Source: Acidobacteriota bacterium (GTDB lineage Bacteria > Acidobacteriota > UBA6911). From it: a stretch of DNA of 64,000 nt. Shown here in pieces: positions 30,181 through 38,531 of the stretch; the first letter of the stretch is position 1, and each line of letters starts with the position of its first letter. A model generated the notes under the pieces. The model searched no databases. It was not told where the DNA came from and was given only the letters and a program-made list of their open reading frames with translations. Both the position numbers and the translations under genes were made by a program. The stretch spans positions 672,001 to 736,000 of the forward strand of contig OY761556.1 of assembly GCA_963664705.1 (NCBI GenBank). The letters are read 5' to 3'.

Positions 30181-31335
30181 ATGATATTGCGCAAGACAAT
30201 CTTCTGGCTTCATCTGGTGAGCGGAGTGTTTGCTGGAATTGTTGTGTTGATTATGTCTGTCACCGGCGTCGCTTTGATGTATCAAAAGCAGATAACGGGA
30301 TGGGCTGATAAACAACAATACAAAATGCAAATACCTCCCGGAGGAGCGCCGCTGCTTGTACAGGCACTGTTGGAGAAATACCGCGCAGCGCGACCTGATG
30401 TTCGTCCTGTCAGTGTGAGTCTTTCGTCCGATCCAGAAATGCCTGCCGCGATTGTGTCTGGACCAAACGAGACTACCTATGTGAATCCCTATACCGGTGA
30501 AATCCTTGGGAAGGGCGCTGAGGGCGTGCGAACTTTTTTCAAAGCCATGACAGACTGGCATCGATGGCTGTCCCTGAGCGGCGAAAATCGCGGAATTGGT
30601 CGTGCTGTGACCGGTGTGTGCAATTTTATGTACCTCATGCTTGTTATTACCGGGTTTTATCTTTGGTTCCCTCGAAAATGGAAAAGCGGTATTTTCCGCG
30701 GCATATCATGGTTTCGGCCCGGACTTTCCGGAAGGCTAAGAGATTCGAATTGGCACTATGTGTTCGGGTTCTGGTGCGTTGTCCCTCTGATACTGATTGT
30801 ATTGAGCGGCGTGGTTATTTCCTATTCATGGGCCAGCAATCTGGTATTTCGGCTTTCGGGCAGCATACCTCCTGCGCGTATGGGGCCTGGGGGAAGGCCC
30901 GGTGGAGGAGTTCCCGTCTCGCGCCTTCAAGGGGCTCCGGTGGATATTCAGGGATTGGACAATGTCCTGAAGACTGTTCAAAATAATGCCGCCGACTGGC
31001 AAAGCATCAACTTCCAGATTCCCTCGTCTGGCGACAAAGCCCTTACCTTTAGCGTGGACAAAAGCTTGGGCGGACAGCCGCAAATGCGCTCCACCATTAC
31101 TCTCGACCGCTTGTCGGGCCTGGTCATCAAGTCGGAAGGTTTTGACAATATGGATCGAGGGATGAGAGCTCGTCTGTGGATGCGTTTTGTTCATACGGGT
31201 GAATACTACGGTGTGTTGGGTCAGACAATCGCCGGTGTCGCTTCGGCGGCCGGTGTGGTGCTGGTGTGGACTGGGATAGCGCTTACTTTCCGCCGGTATT
31301 GCTCCTGGATGAAACGCAGAGCTCAATTGGCATAG
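30181..31335 (+). CDS. PepSY-associated TM helix domain protein
   Basis: FWLHLVSG, SVTG, YVNPYTGEILG, WHRWL, TGFYLW, WHYVFG, FVHTGE. Confidence 0.9.
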   Translation: MILRKTIFWLHLVSGVFAGIVVLIMSVTGVALMYQKQITGWADKQQYKMQIPPGGAPLLVQALLEKYRAARPDVRPVSVSLSSDPEMPAAIVSGPNETTYVNPYTGEILGKGAEGVRTFFKAMTDWHRWLSLSGENRGIGRAVTGVCNFMYLMLVITGFYLWFPRKWKSGIFRGISWFRPGLSGRLRDSNWHYVFGFWCVVPLILIVLSGVVISYSWASNLVFRLSGSIPPARMGPGGRPGGGVPVSRLQGAPVDIQGLDNVLKTVQNNAADWQSINFQIPSSGDKALTFSVDKSLGGQPQMRSTITLDRLSGLVIKSEGFDNMDRGMRARLWMRFVHTGEYYGVLGQTIAGVASAAGVVLVWTGIALTFRRYCSWMKRRAQLA

Positions 31336-31427
31336 ACATATTGAGAAGAAGGTGAATGCGCGATTCCTGCGGTAGCGAATCGATGCAAGAGCATTTCCGT
31401 CTTACTTGTTAGGAAAGGAGTTTCTCA

Positions 31428-32507
31428 GTGGATTCACCAAAAGACAAGCTTCTCCATAATTCCGCAGGAACGGCCAGGCAACTCAGCCGAAGGCAGATGA
31501 TTCAAACGGCGCTGGCGGCTGCCGCGTTTCTACCTCAGGATTTCCAGCGAGAATGGGGAGGTGGACGGCGTCGAGCGCGCATCCCGCGAGTTGTGGATCC
31601 TTCGCAGATTCCAGCCTACAAATATAGGATTGTATCCGTGGACCGGTTCGCGGCTCTTCAAACTGAATACAATATGGCGCGGAACAATGCCCAGTTTGGC
31701 AGTGCCAAGGCTTATCGGGACCAGATTGCCTCATTAAATTATAAAGTTTCGGATAATTTCAAGAATGCCAAGTGTGTCGTCGTTGTTGCGGCCTACTCCA
31801 AGAACATGTATGCAAATTTCCACCTGGATGGGAACGCTTACAAAATTCTTGTGCCGTTCCAATACTACAATGACGATTTAAATGCGGAGAAACTAAAGGC
31901 AATTGTTCAGAAGGAAATTATCAAGACTCCCGGCCGGCGGATTGAGGATGTCTCTTCACAGTTCCCCCTGAAACTTCTTGCGGCGCGCAGCGGCCTGGGA
32001 CGTTATGCGCGCAACAGCCTGGTCTTCGTAGATGGAATGGGAAGCTACAATTTGCTGTATGCATTTCTTTCCGACCATCCCGTTACGGAGGATAACTGGG
32101 TAAATCTTGAAATTCTGGAGGAGTGCAACCGCTGTCATGCGTGTGAACGGACGTGTCCAACGGGATGTATTCAGCGCTGGAAATTCGGGGCCAATGTCGA
32201 CAAATGTCTGACGCTCTACAATGAAAACGGCGGCGATTTTCCCAACTGGATCTATGGAAGCATGCATCATGCACTGATGGGCTGTATGAAATGTAAATCG
32301 CCGTGCCCCGTGAACGAAGGAATTGCGGAACTTTCGGGTAATCTGGAGGCAGTCTCCGAGGAGGAAACCCGCAAGATTCTCAAAGGGACTCCCGATGACC
32401 TGCTTTTGAAATCGTTGCAGCGGAAGTTGCGCCAGTTTCGCGCCGTCACATCTAAGGACCAGTTTCCGATTATGAGCCGCAATCTGAGAGCACTGATTCG
32501 AGCGTAA
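31428..32507 (+). CDS. QueG/reductive-dehalogenase-superfamily 2x[4Fe-4S] protein with Tat-like signal
   Basis: SRRQMIQ, PLKLLAARSGLGRYARNSL (cobamide-binding region), CNRCHACERTCP, C-x25-CMKCKSPCP. Confidence 0.7.
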   Translation: MDSPKDKLLHNSAGTARQLSRRQMIQTALAAAAFLPQDFQREWGGGRRRARIPRVVDPSQIPAYKYRIVSVDRFAALQTEYNMARNNAQFGSAKAYRDQIASLNYKVSDNFKNAKCVVVVAAYSKNMYANFHLDGNAYKILVPFQYYNDDLNAEKLKAIVQKEIIKTPGRRIEDVSSQFPLKLLAARSGLGRYARNSLVFVDGMGSYNLLYAFLSDHPVTEDNWVNLEILEECNRCHACERTCPTGCIQRWKFGANVDKCLTLYNENGGDFPNWIYGSMHHALMGCMKCKSPCPVNEGIAELSGNLEAVSEEETRKILKGTPDDLLLKSLQRKLRQFRAVTSKDQFPIMSRNLRALIRA

Positions 32508-32593
32508 TGTTGGTGACAAGAGCATCCTGCACGCGATTCGTGGCGTACCTGTATGCCGCGAATCGCGTACGATGATCTGGGGAGATAGGGGCA

Positions 32594-34162
32594 GTGAATG
32601 CGAAGCATTCCGCTTTTTACCGACTGGTTCAACGGGGGCGTATATTAAGCCAGACGGCATTTTTCCTGCTGTTTCTCGGGTTGCTGCTGCAGACTCACTT
32701 CTCAAATGAAGACTACATCGGCAATACTGAAGGCTTCTTCCGGTTTGACCCCCTTCTTGCGGTATCAACTCTATTTGCTTCCCGAACATTTGCCCAAAGT
32801 ATCGCATTGGCTTTTATTTCGCTCGCGCTGACGGTCCTATTCGGGCGATTTATTTGCGGATGGGTCTGTCCCATGGGCAGCGTTTTGCAGTTTTTCTCGT
32901 TCATTTTTAAGAAATCAAAACTACATGTTCCGGCGATTCAACGTAACGGACTCCTGGCTCTCAAATATGCAATTATGATGGTGGTGTTTGTCTCAAGCAT
33001 GTTTGCGCTAGATCTTGCCGGGTTGTTGGATCCGCTGAGCCTGCTCTACAGATCTTTCATTCTGGCTGTTTTGCCCGCGATTGCTGTTGTAAGCGAATCG
33101 GCTATTGCGCTCATGCCCCATCAGGGAATGCGGGAGAGCCTGTCACGAAGCCTTCAGGACCTGGCGATCGGCCATACATTCGATCAGGCTCTGCTGATTG
33201 CAATGATATTTATTTCTTTGTTGCTGCTTAATCTGCTGCGGGAGCGATTCTGGTGCCGATATCTTTGTCCTGCCGGGGCGTTGCTTGGAATTTGTGCGCG
33301 CCGAAATCTTGTACAAATCAAGGTGGATGCAAACAAATGCACAGGATGCAACCTCTGCACTCTTCAATGCCAAACTCAAGCGGAACCCTTTCCGCAAGAG
33401 AAGTGGAAATCTGGAGAATGCATCTATTGCTATACATGTGCATCGGCTTGTCCAACGGCTGCCATCCGATTGCCCGTTGAGTTTGGTTCCAAGGTATCAA
33501 GGCCCATTAGCCTGGGACGCAGACGGTGGGTTCTGTCAGCCGTGTTTGGCTGCTCTATAGTACCGTTCTTTAGGATCTCCGGTTCTTCCACGCGAGCGGG
33601 AGCAAAACTGATCCGCCCGCCGGGCTCCAAGCCCGAAGGACAATTTCTCGGCCTTTGTGTCAAATGCGGGGAGTGTATGAAGGTATGCCCCACGAATGCT
33701 CTTCAACCTGCTTTTGACCAGGCCGGACCCGAAGGTTTATGGACTCCGGTCCTTGTTCCAAGAATGGGCTATTGTGAGTATTACTGCTCTCTCTGCGGTC
33801 AGGTATGCCCAACGGGTGCCATCAAGGAGCTTAAAATCCGAGAGAAAACAAAAATTCGCATCGGCACCGCATGGATCAACAAAAACAGATGTCTCCCCTA
33901 TATTCTTGGAAAAGCCTGCCGCGTGTGCGAGGAAAAATGTCCGACTTCTCCCAAGGCAATTGAGATCGTCGAAACCGAAGTGATGCTCCCTAACGGAACT
34001 TGGGATGCCCAGGATGTTCCTGTGGTAAACCCCGACTCCTGTATTGGTTGCGGTATTTGCGAGACAAAATGCCCTGTAGCGGATGAGCCGGCAATATATT
34101 GTACCAATTTCGGGGAGTCTCGATCGGCCCAATCAGCCGCGACAGGTGATCTTTTTCAATAG
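32594..34162 (+). CDS. Membrane polyferredoxin, NapH/MauN-like fused to NapG/MauM-like domain
   Basis: TM helices with GRFICGWVCPMG and RFWCRYLCPAG, multiple CxxCxxCxxxC(P) motifs, and IRPPGS...CVKCGECMKVCP as in NapG/MauM. Confidence 0.85.
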   Translation: MNAKHSAFYRLVQRGRILSQTAFFLLFLGLLLQTHFSNEDYIGNTEGFFRFDPLLAVSTLFASRTFAQSIALAFISLALTVLFGRFICGWVCPMGSVLQFFSFIFKKSKLHVPAIQRNGLLALKYAIMMVVFVSSMFALDLAGLLDPLSLLYRSFILAVLPAIAVVSESAIALMPHQGMRESLSRSLQDLAIGHTFDQALLIAMIFISLLLLNLLRERFWCRYLCPAGALLGICARRNLVQIKVDANKCTGCNLCTLQCQTQAEPFPQEKWKSGECIYCYTCASACPTAAIRLPVEFGSKVSRPISLGRRRWVLSAVFGCSIVPFFRISGSSTRAGAKLIRPPGSKPEGQFLGLCVKCGECMKVCPTNALQPAFDQAGPEGLWTPVLVPRMGYCEYYCSLCGQVCPTGAIKELKIREKTKIRIGTAWINKNRCLPYILGKACRVCEEKCPTSPKAIEIVETEVMLPNGTWDAQDVPVVNPDSCIGCGICETKCPVADEPAIYCTNFGESRSAQSAATGDLFQ

Positions 34163-34533
34163 TGCCCTGGAATACCGGTTTGCTATGCTGCCGTTAACTT
34201 TCGTGACGAAACATTTATCGAGAAGCAGCAGTCGGATACGGCAGGATCCCCAATCAAAGCTTTGATAAGCCTATTAGCTCCAGCGGATGTCATGACCGGC
34301 AAGCGCACGCATCTCCAAATACCGCGGATTATCTTCACGGGCACACTTTCCGAGAATCCTACGGCTTGTTCGCTGTGATTCCATGAAGATCTCAAATGAA
34401 TGGTGGCCTATTCCATTGCGCAAATTACGCTCCCTCAAATAGGCAATTTTCACAAGTATCGCCGTTAAGGCATCTTCAATAGAATCATCGAGGCAAACAG
34501 TTCTGAAGACTGTTTCCGTTAATCCGTGGCAAA

Positions 34534-35055
34534 TTGGGAAAAATCATGGGATCTCCAGAAATCTCTTACTACTGCCCATTCTGTTCAGGTGCCGGGGTGT
34601 TGCCTTCGGATTCCAGCTGTATTCATTGTGGCGTAGATTTGCATGACCGATACTTCATCATCCAGGAAGGCTTCACCTTCGGAGTTTCGCACCAGGGTGA
34701 AATTAAGGCTCGGGGCTTGAAACTGGATAAGGCTATCGGTCTTGTTACGATCCTCAATCAAAGCGGCATGGGGAAGATGGGTGTATACCTGAAAGAAGAG
34801 GACAAGTACATTGGACCCTTTCACAGTCACAAGGAGGCGGAAGGGTTTCTGGTGTTGATGGAATTGCACGGAGAGAATTGCTGTGGTATTGAGATTGTGA
34901 ACGCAAGCAACTCGGCAGAGCTGCTTATAAACGCAATTTCGGTTGAGGAGCGTCAGCAATTACTCGGGAAGGTCCGGCCCGGAAGGTCCAAACGACAGCC
35001 AAGACAGCCGCATCGGACGGCTTCTATTCCGCGGAAAGGCCGCAATATCAATTAG
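34534..35055 (+). CDS. Hypothetical protein with N-terminal CxxC...CxxC zinc-ribbon-like motif
   Basis: YYCPFC...SCIHCG. Fills an otherwise empty intergenic space. Confidence 0.45.
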   Translation: MGKIMGSPEISYYCPFCSGAGVLPSDSSCIHCGVDLHDRYFIIQEGFTFGVSHQGEIKARGLKLDKAIGLVTILNQSGMGKMGVYLKEEDKYIGPFHSHKEAEGFLVLMELHGENCCGIEIVNASNSAELLINAISVEERQQLLGKVRPGRSKRQPRQPHRTASIPRKGRNIN

Positions 35056-35139
35056 CCCGATCACGAGCTTTGTGCAAGACTTTGGAATCCTTGATTGTCC
35101 CGGCACAGCGGGAATCCTGGCTCTGATGGAATGATCCGA

Positions 35140-35691
35140 TCATGCCTCCCGGGCCATGCGACGGGAATTGTTAAGGACCTGTACGGCGGTTGCTGCGGAT
35201 GATCGACTCGCTTCAGGAACCGGAATGCTGATTTCTTTTTGATGCCTTCCGTGCTTGCGAGGGATGGAAATCACAAACAGCACCTGCGGGCGGGGAGCCT
35301 CAACCAATGTGACGCTCTCGAGCCGGCAGGAATAGGCAGAAAAGGTATATAATTCTCCCTCGGCATAAAGACCGGCCGATCCAATCACTATTTCTCCAAA
35401 CTCATCTTTCAGATTCTGGTCCGGTGGAGAGTCATAGGTCCATCGGGCAAGGATCTCGAACCCGGAACTCATTCGTCTGAGAATTCGAGCCCGGTTAAAC
35501 AGCGACCTGGAGGAAAGCAAGCCGATGATTGCGAACATGCTGCCAAATATGACAATGGCCGGGGCGCCGTCCTGAATGCTAATGCCCAGGAGCCAGGGCA
35601 GGAGGCAAAGCGCAATGCCGACAAGCCCGATTGCCAAAAATATTTTGGCCAGAAGCTTTTGCGATGCATGCTTTTCATCCAGGTTTTTCAT
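35140..35691 (-). CDS. Hypothetical membrane protein (two N-terminal TM helices)
   Basis: Hydrophobic hairpin plus soluble domain, with an RBS-like GGAG upstream. Confidence 0.6.
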   Translation of the reverse strand: MKNLDEKHASQKLLAKIFLAIGLVGIALCLLPWLLGISIQDGAPAIVIFGSMFAIIGLLSSRSLFNRARILRRMSSGFEILARWTYDSPPDQNLKDEFGEIVIGSAGLYAEGELYTFSAYSCRLESVTLVEAPRPQVLFVISIPRKHGRHQKEISIPVPEASRSSAATAVQVLNNSRRMAREA

Positions 35692-35890
35692 TTCCTACTC
35701 CATTGCTGCCAGAAAGTGGAGGAGATCCAATATCCCGAATTATCATTGGCTTAATCAGAATATTTGATTCTCACGAACCATATTTCGACTCCTTTTTAGC
35801 ACATTTGTTCTCTGGGCCCGGCAAAGAAAGACAAGAATTTCAAAAGTCTTTCAGGTGCGGAGGTGTAATATGCCATGACATCCTTATTGA

Positions 35891-36085
35891 ATGACCCCTA
35901 AACGGAGAACTACAGACATGTTTCAGATTCATGCGATGGAAATCTTTGTTGCCCTTTTGGTGTTGATCCTGAATACGCTTCCGATTGCTCTCTCCATTTG
36001 GGTTCTCTTGACAGTAAGGCGCTTTGAAAGACGGGTGGAAATTAAACTTGCCGAGATCCAGCAATTGCTTCAAAGCAGGAATTGA
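35891..36085 (+). CDS. Small single-TM protein
   Basis: One long hydrophobic helix followed by a charged coiled tail. Confidence 0.45.
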   Translation: MTPKRRTTDMFQIHAMEIFVALLVLILNTLPIALSIWVLLTVRRFERRVEIKLAEIQQLLQSRN

Positions 36086-36138
36086 AGGGCAGCACTTGCT
36101 CTGAACATGGACAAAATACTATTCCGAAGGGAGAGGAT

Positions 36139-36642
36139 ATGGGATCCCTACTGAACGCTGCAGCAGGAGTCTATTCAGCATGGTGGAAGGATGCCGATTA
36201 TCCGGCCGTTTGCATCCAAGGCCCGAATGGAATTGAGGAATTTTGCTTTGAGATTCTTCCAGCCGTGGATCTCAAAGGAGCTCTTTGCCTAAACTCTCAA
36301 GGACAGCTTGCTGGCTGGGGTGAAGCCACCGGGGATTCTTTCGGATTTTATGCGGTGTATGGTTATGGCGGTGGACGTAAAGAGGGATGGGGGCCCGGAT
36401 TTGGTCCGGATAAAGTTATGCCCGGAGAGATCGCCACTGCCAGTTTTGGCGCCCTGGGTTTTGACAAAAATAGCCCCCTTTCAGCCGATAATTTGCCGTT
36501 GGCGGTTCAGCCCACGCATAATCCCCAGGTTTTGCGCATCGATGAAGATGGCGCTATTCATGGAGTCGTCTGTTATGGCGTGAGCGGCTCCGGTTTGCTC
36601 CGAGCCCAGGCGATTTGGCGGCTTGGTTGTGTTTGCCCCTGA
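36139..36642 (+). CDS. Hypothetical Gly/Trp-rich protein
   Basis: ORF with GGAGAGG RBS before ATG 36139. No family recognised. Confidence 0.5.
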   Translation: MGSLLNAAAGVYSAWWKDADYPAVCIQGPNGIEEFCFEILPAVDLKGALCLNSQGQLAGWGEATGDSFGFYAVYGYGGGRKEGWGPGFGPDKVMPGEIATASFGALGFDKNSPLSADNLPLAVQPTHNPQVLRIDEDGAIHGVVCYGVSGSGLLRAQAIWRLGCVCP

Positions 36643-36708
36643 AAGCTTCGGCTGACAAGCTGCCGTCTCGTGCCCTCAATCGACAGTCCCGGTACCTGCT
36701 TTTGAAAA

Positions 36709-37437
36709 TCAGGATTCCGCAACGCCATAGGAGACAGATGCCCAATCCGTGTCGTCGCTTTTTGTCCTCATGGTGAATTGATCGATCCTATCCTGCTCCA
36801 AAATAATGAAACCTTCTTTGGTCACTCGGATAAGCCCCCGTTGACGGAATTTTTTCAGCAGTACACCAACCCTGGGACGTGTCGCTCCGATCATAATCGA
36901 CAACTCCTGATGGGAAATGCGTTGAGGAATAAACAGCCTGCCTGATTCCTGCCGGCCCAGCTGGTGTCCAAGGTGAAGGAGAGTTTTCAAAAGAAGGTGT
37001 TCTCCGTCGGCAGTGGTGAGAGCGCCGATAATCTCCAGCTGTTCGGATACCTTTACCGCCAGGTATTGAATCAGGCTCTCCATCATCGAATTACTTTTCA
37101 TGTATCTCACAAATTCGCCAGCCTGAATCCTCTTAATTGAACAGTCCATCATGGCCACTGCCATTTCCAATCGCACGGATTGGCCCGATAAACAAGGCTC
37201 CCCAAAGATATCTCCGGATGTCCTGATTGAGGTCAGGCATTGCTTTCCTTCAGTGGAAGGCAGCAGCAGTTTGACCTGGCCGCCTTCAATGTAGTAGATC
37301 ATTCCATCCTGTTCCCCCGGCGTATAGATGAACTGTGATTTTGCATACTTGAGGGCGCGCCAGCCGGGAGCCTGGCTGCCAAGGGAATTTTTCAGCTGTT
37401 GTTTAAACCTGTCGCACGGAAGCGTGAATTCAACCAT
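36709..37437 (-). CDS. Crp/Fnr-family transcriptional regulator
   Basis: cNMP-binding-like YIEGGQVKL...GDIFGE and C-terminal HTH ISHQELSIMIGATRPRV...FRQRGLI. Confidence 0.9.
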   Translation of the reverse strand: MVEFTLPCDRFKQQLKNSLGSQAPGWRALKYAKSQFIYTPGEQDGMIYYIEGGQVKLLLPSTEGKQCLTSIRTSGDIFGEPCLSGQSVRLEMAVAMMDCSIKRIQAGEFVRYMKSNSMMESLIQYLAVKVSEQLEIIGALTTADGEHLLLKTLLHLGHQLGRQESGRLFIPQRISHQELSIMIGATRPRVGVLLKKFRQRGLIRVTKEGFIILEQDRIDQFTMRTKSDDTDWASVSYGVAES

Positions 37438-37593
37438 GAAATACCCCGTTCGAATGGAAACGGTTGTAATGAAATACCGATTTCATTATTGCCAGGGGGA
37501 CGGAGATAGTTGTCGGCCGAAAGCATGTCAGGATTGGTGCGCGGGTTAACCCGCTCAGTTTGAGGACCATTCAGACATGTCCATGGCTTCCTA

Positions 37594-38226
37594 TTATAAA
37601 ACCTGACCAGTCTGTGGATTGAAGGGCTGCGGAGGACTTCTGGATCCGTATGCGAGGATGTTTGGCTGAGAGTTTTGAATCGGGATGGCGCCCGGTATAT
37701 TTCCGGACGGCTTAAGCTGCAGATCGCCGTTGGCTCGACATGGTGCTGCTGTATATTCGGGTTCAGGCAGAAGATCTCTGTTTTTTGTTTCCCTTTGATT
37801 GGAGTACTGCCCGGAATCGCCCATTGCATCAATCCGACGGATGAGCAAGTCCCCTCTGCTGAAAAGTCCATTGCCATCATTGATCCAGGTTGTAAGCAGA
37901 AACCGGAAGAACAGGTCGGATACAAGCAGATCCTCATCCCCATCGTGATCCGCATCAATGGGAGCAATGATCCCCGCAAAGGTAATCGCGGATGCTCTCA
38001 GCAAAAGTCTGTCCGACGGGCAAACAAAACTGTGTCGCGAGGCAGGATGTGAGATGAATAATGACTGGACCGCCCCTTGGGTCGTTGTGGATGCTAGATT
38101 AACAACGCGACCGCCGCCAAGGTGAGCATGATTGCTGCAGATAAAGCCATAACCATGAGTCACGAAGAAAACTGCGACGAGAAGCGTTTTCAAGGATGAA
38201 AAAATGGCTTTCCTGATGGAGGTCAT
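37594..38226 (-). CDS. Hypothetical secreted protein with a single FG-GAP/VCBS-like Ca-binding repeat
   Basis: IDADHDGDEDLLV...WINDGNGLF with an N-terminal hydrophobic segment. Confidence 0.55.
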   Translation of the reverse strand: MTSIRKAIFSSLKTLLVAVFFVTHGYGFICSNHAHLGGGRVVNLASTTTQGAVQSLFISHPASRHSFVCPSDRLLLRASAITFAGIIAPIDADHDGDEDLLVSDLFFRFLLTTWINDGNGLFSRGDLLIRRIDAMGDSGQYSNQRETKNRDLLPEPEYTAAPCRANGDLQLKPSGNIPGAIPIQNSQPNILAYGSRSPPQPFNPQTGQVL

Positions 38227-38531
38227 TTTTCTATCTCGCCCGGATGGATATGTCCTCGTGCGTAATCATGCTCGATATATTTGCAGCTCGTTGAATTCAA
38301 AGAGGGAGGGTAGTGCTAAGCTAATATCCTTTGTTTAAAAACTTAGGCAATTCCAAATAGAATATATCAAAGCGATATACATCTTGAACTTATGGTGCCA
38401 GTGAAGCCTGGGCGGTTCAAGAGTCATTAGAGGAAAATAATGGCAAGGCAGGGCTGGTATGTTCGCTCGAATGACAGGCCGTTCGGTGTGCGCTGGACCG
38501 GACCGCCTTACGAGAATAGATGTTGCTTTTT

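Noticed and set aside
31428-32507. Annotation as canonical queG or rdhA
   Set aside because: QueG catalytic-region motifs are not apparent. The Fe-S spacing and length differ from typical RdhA, and there is no rdhB-like anchor gene.
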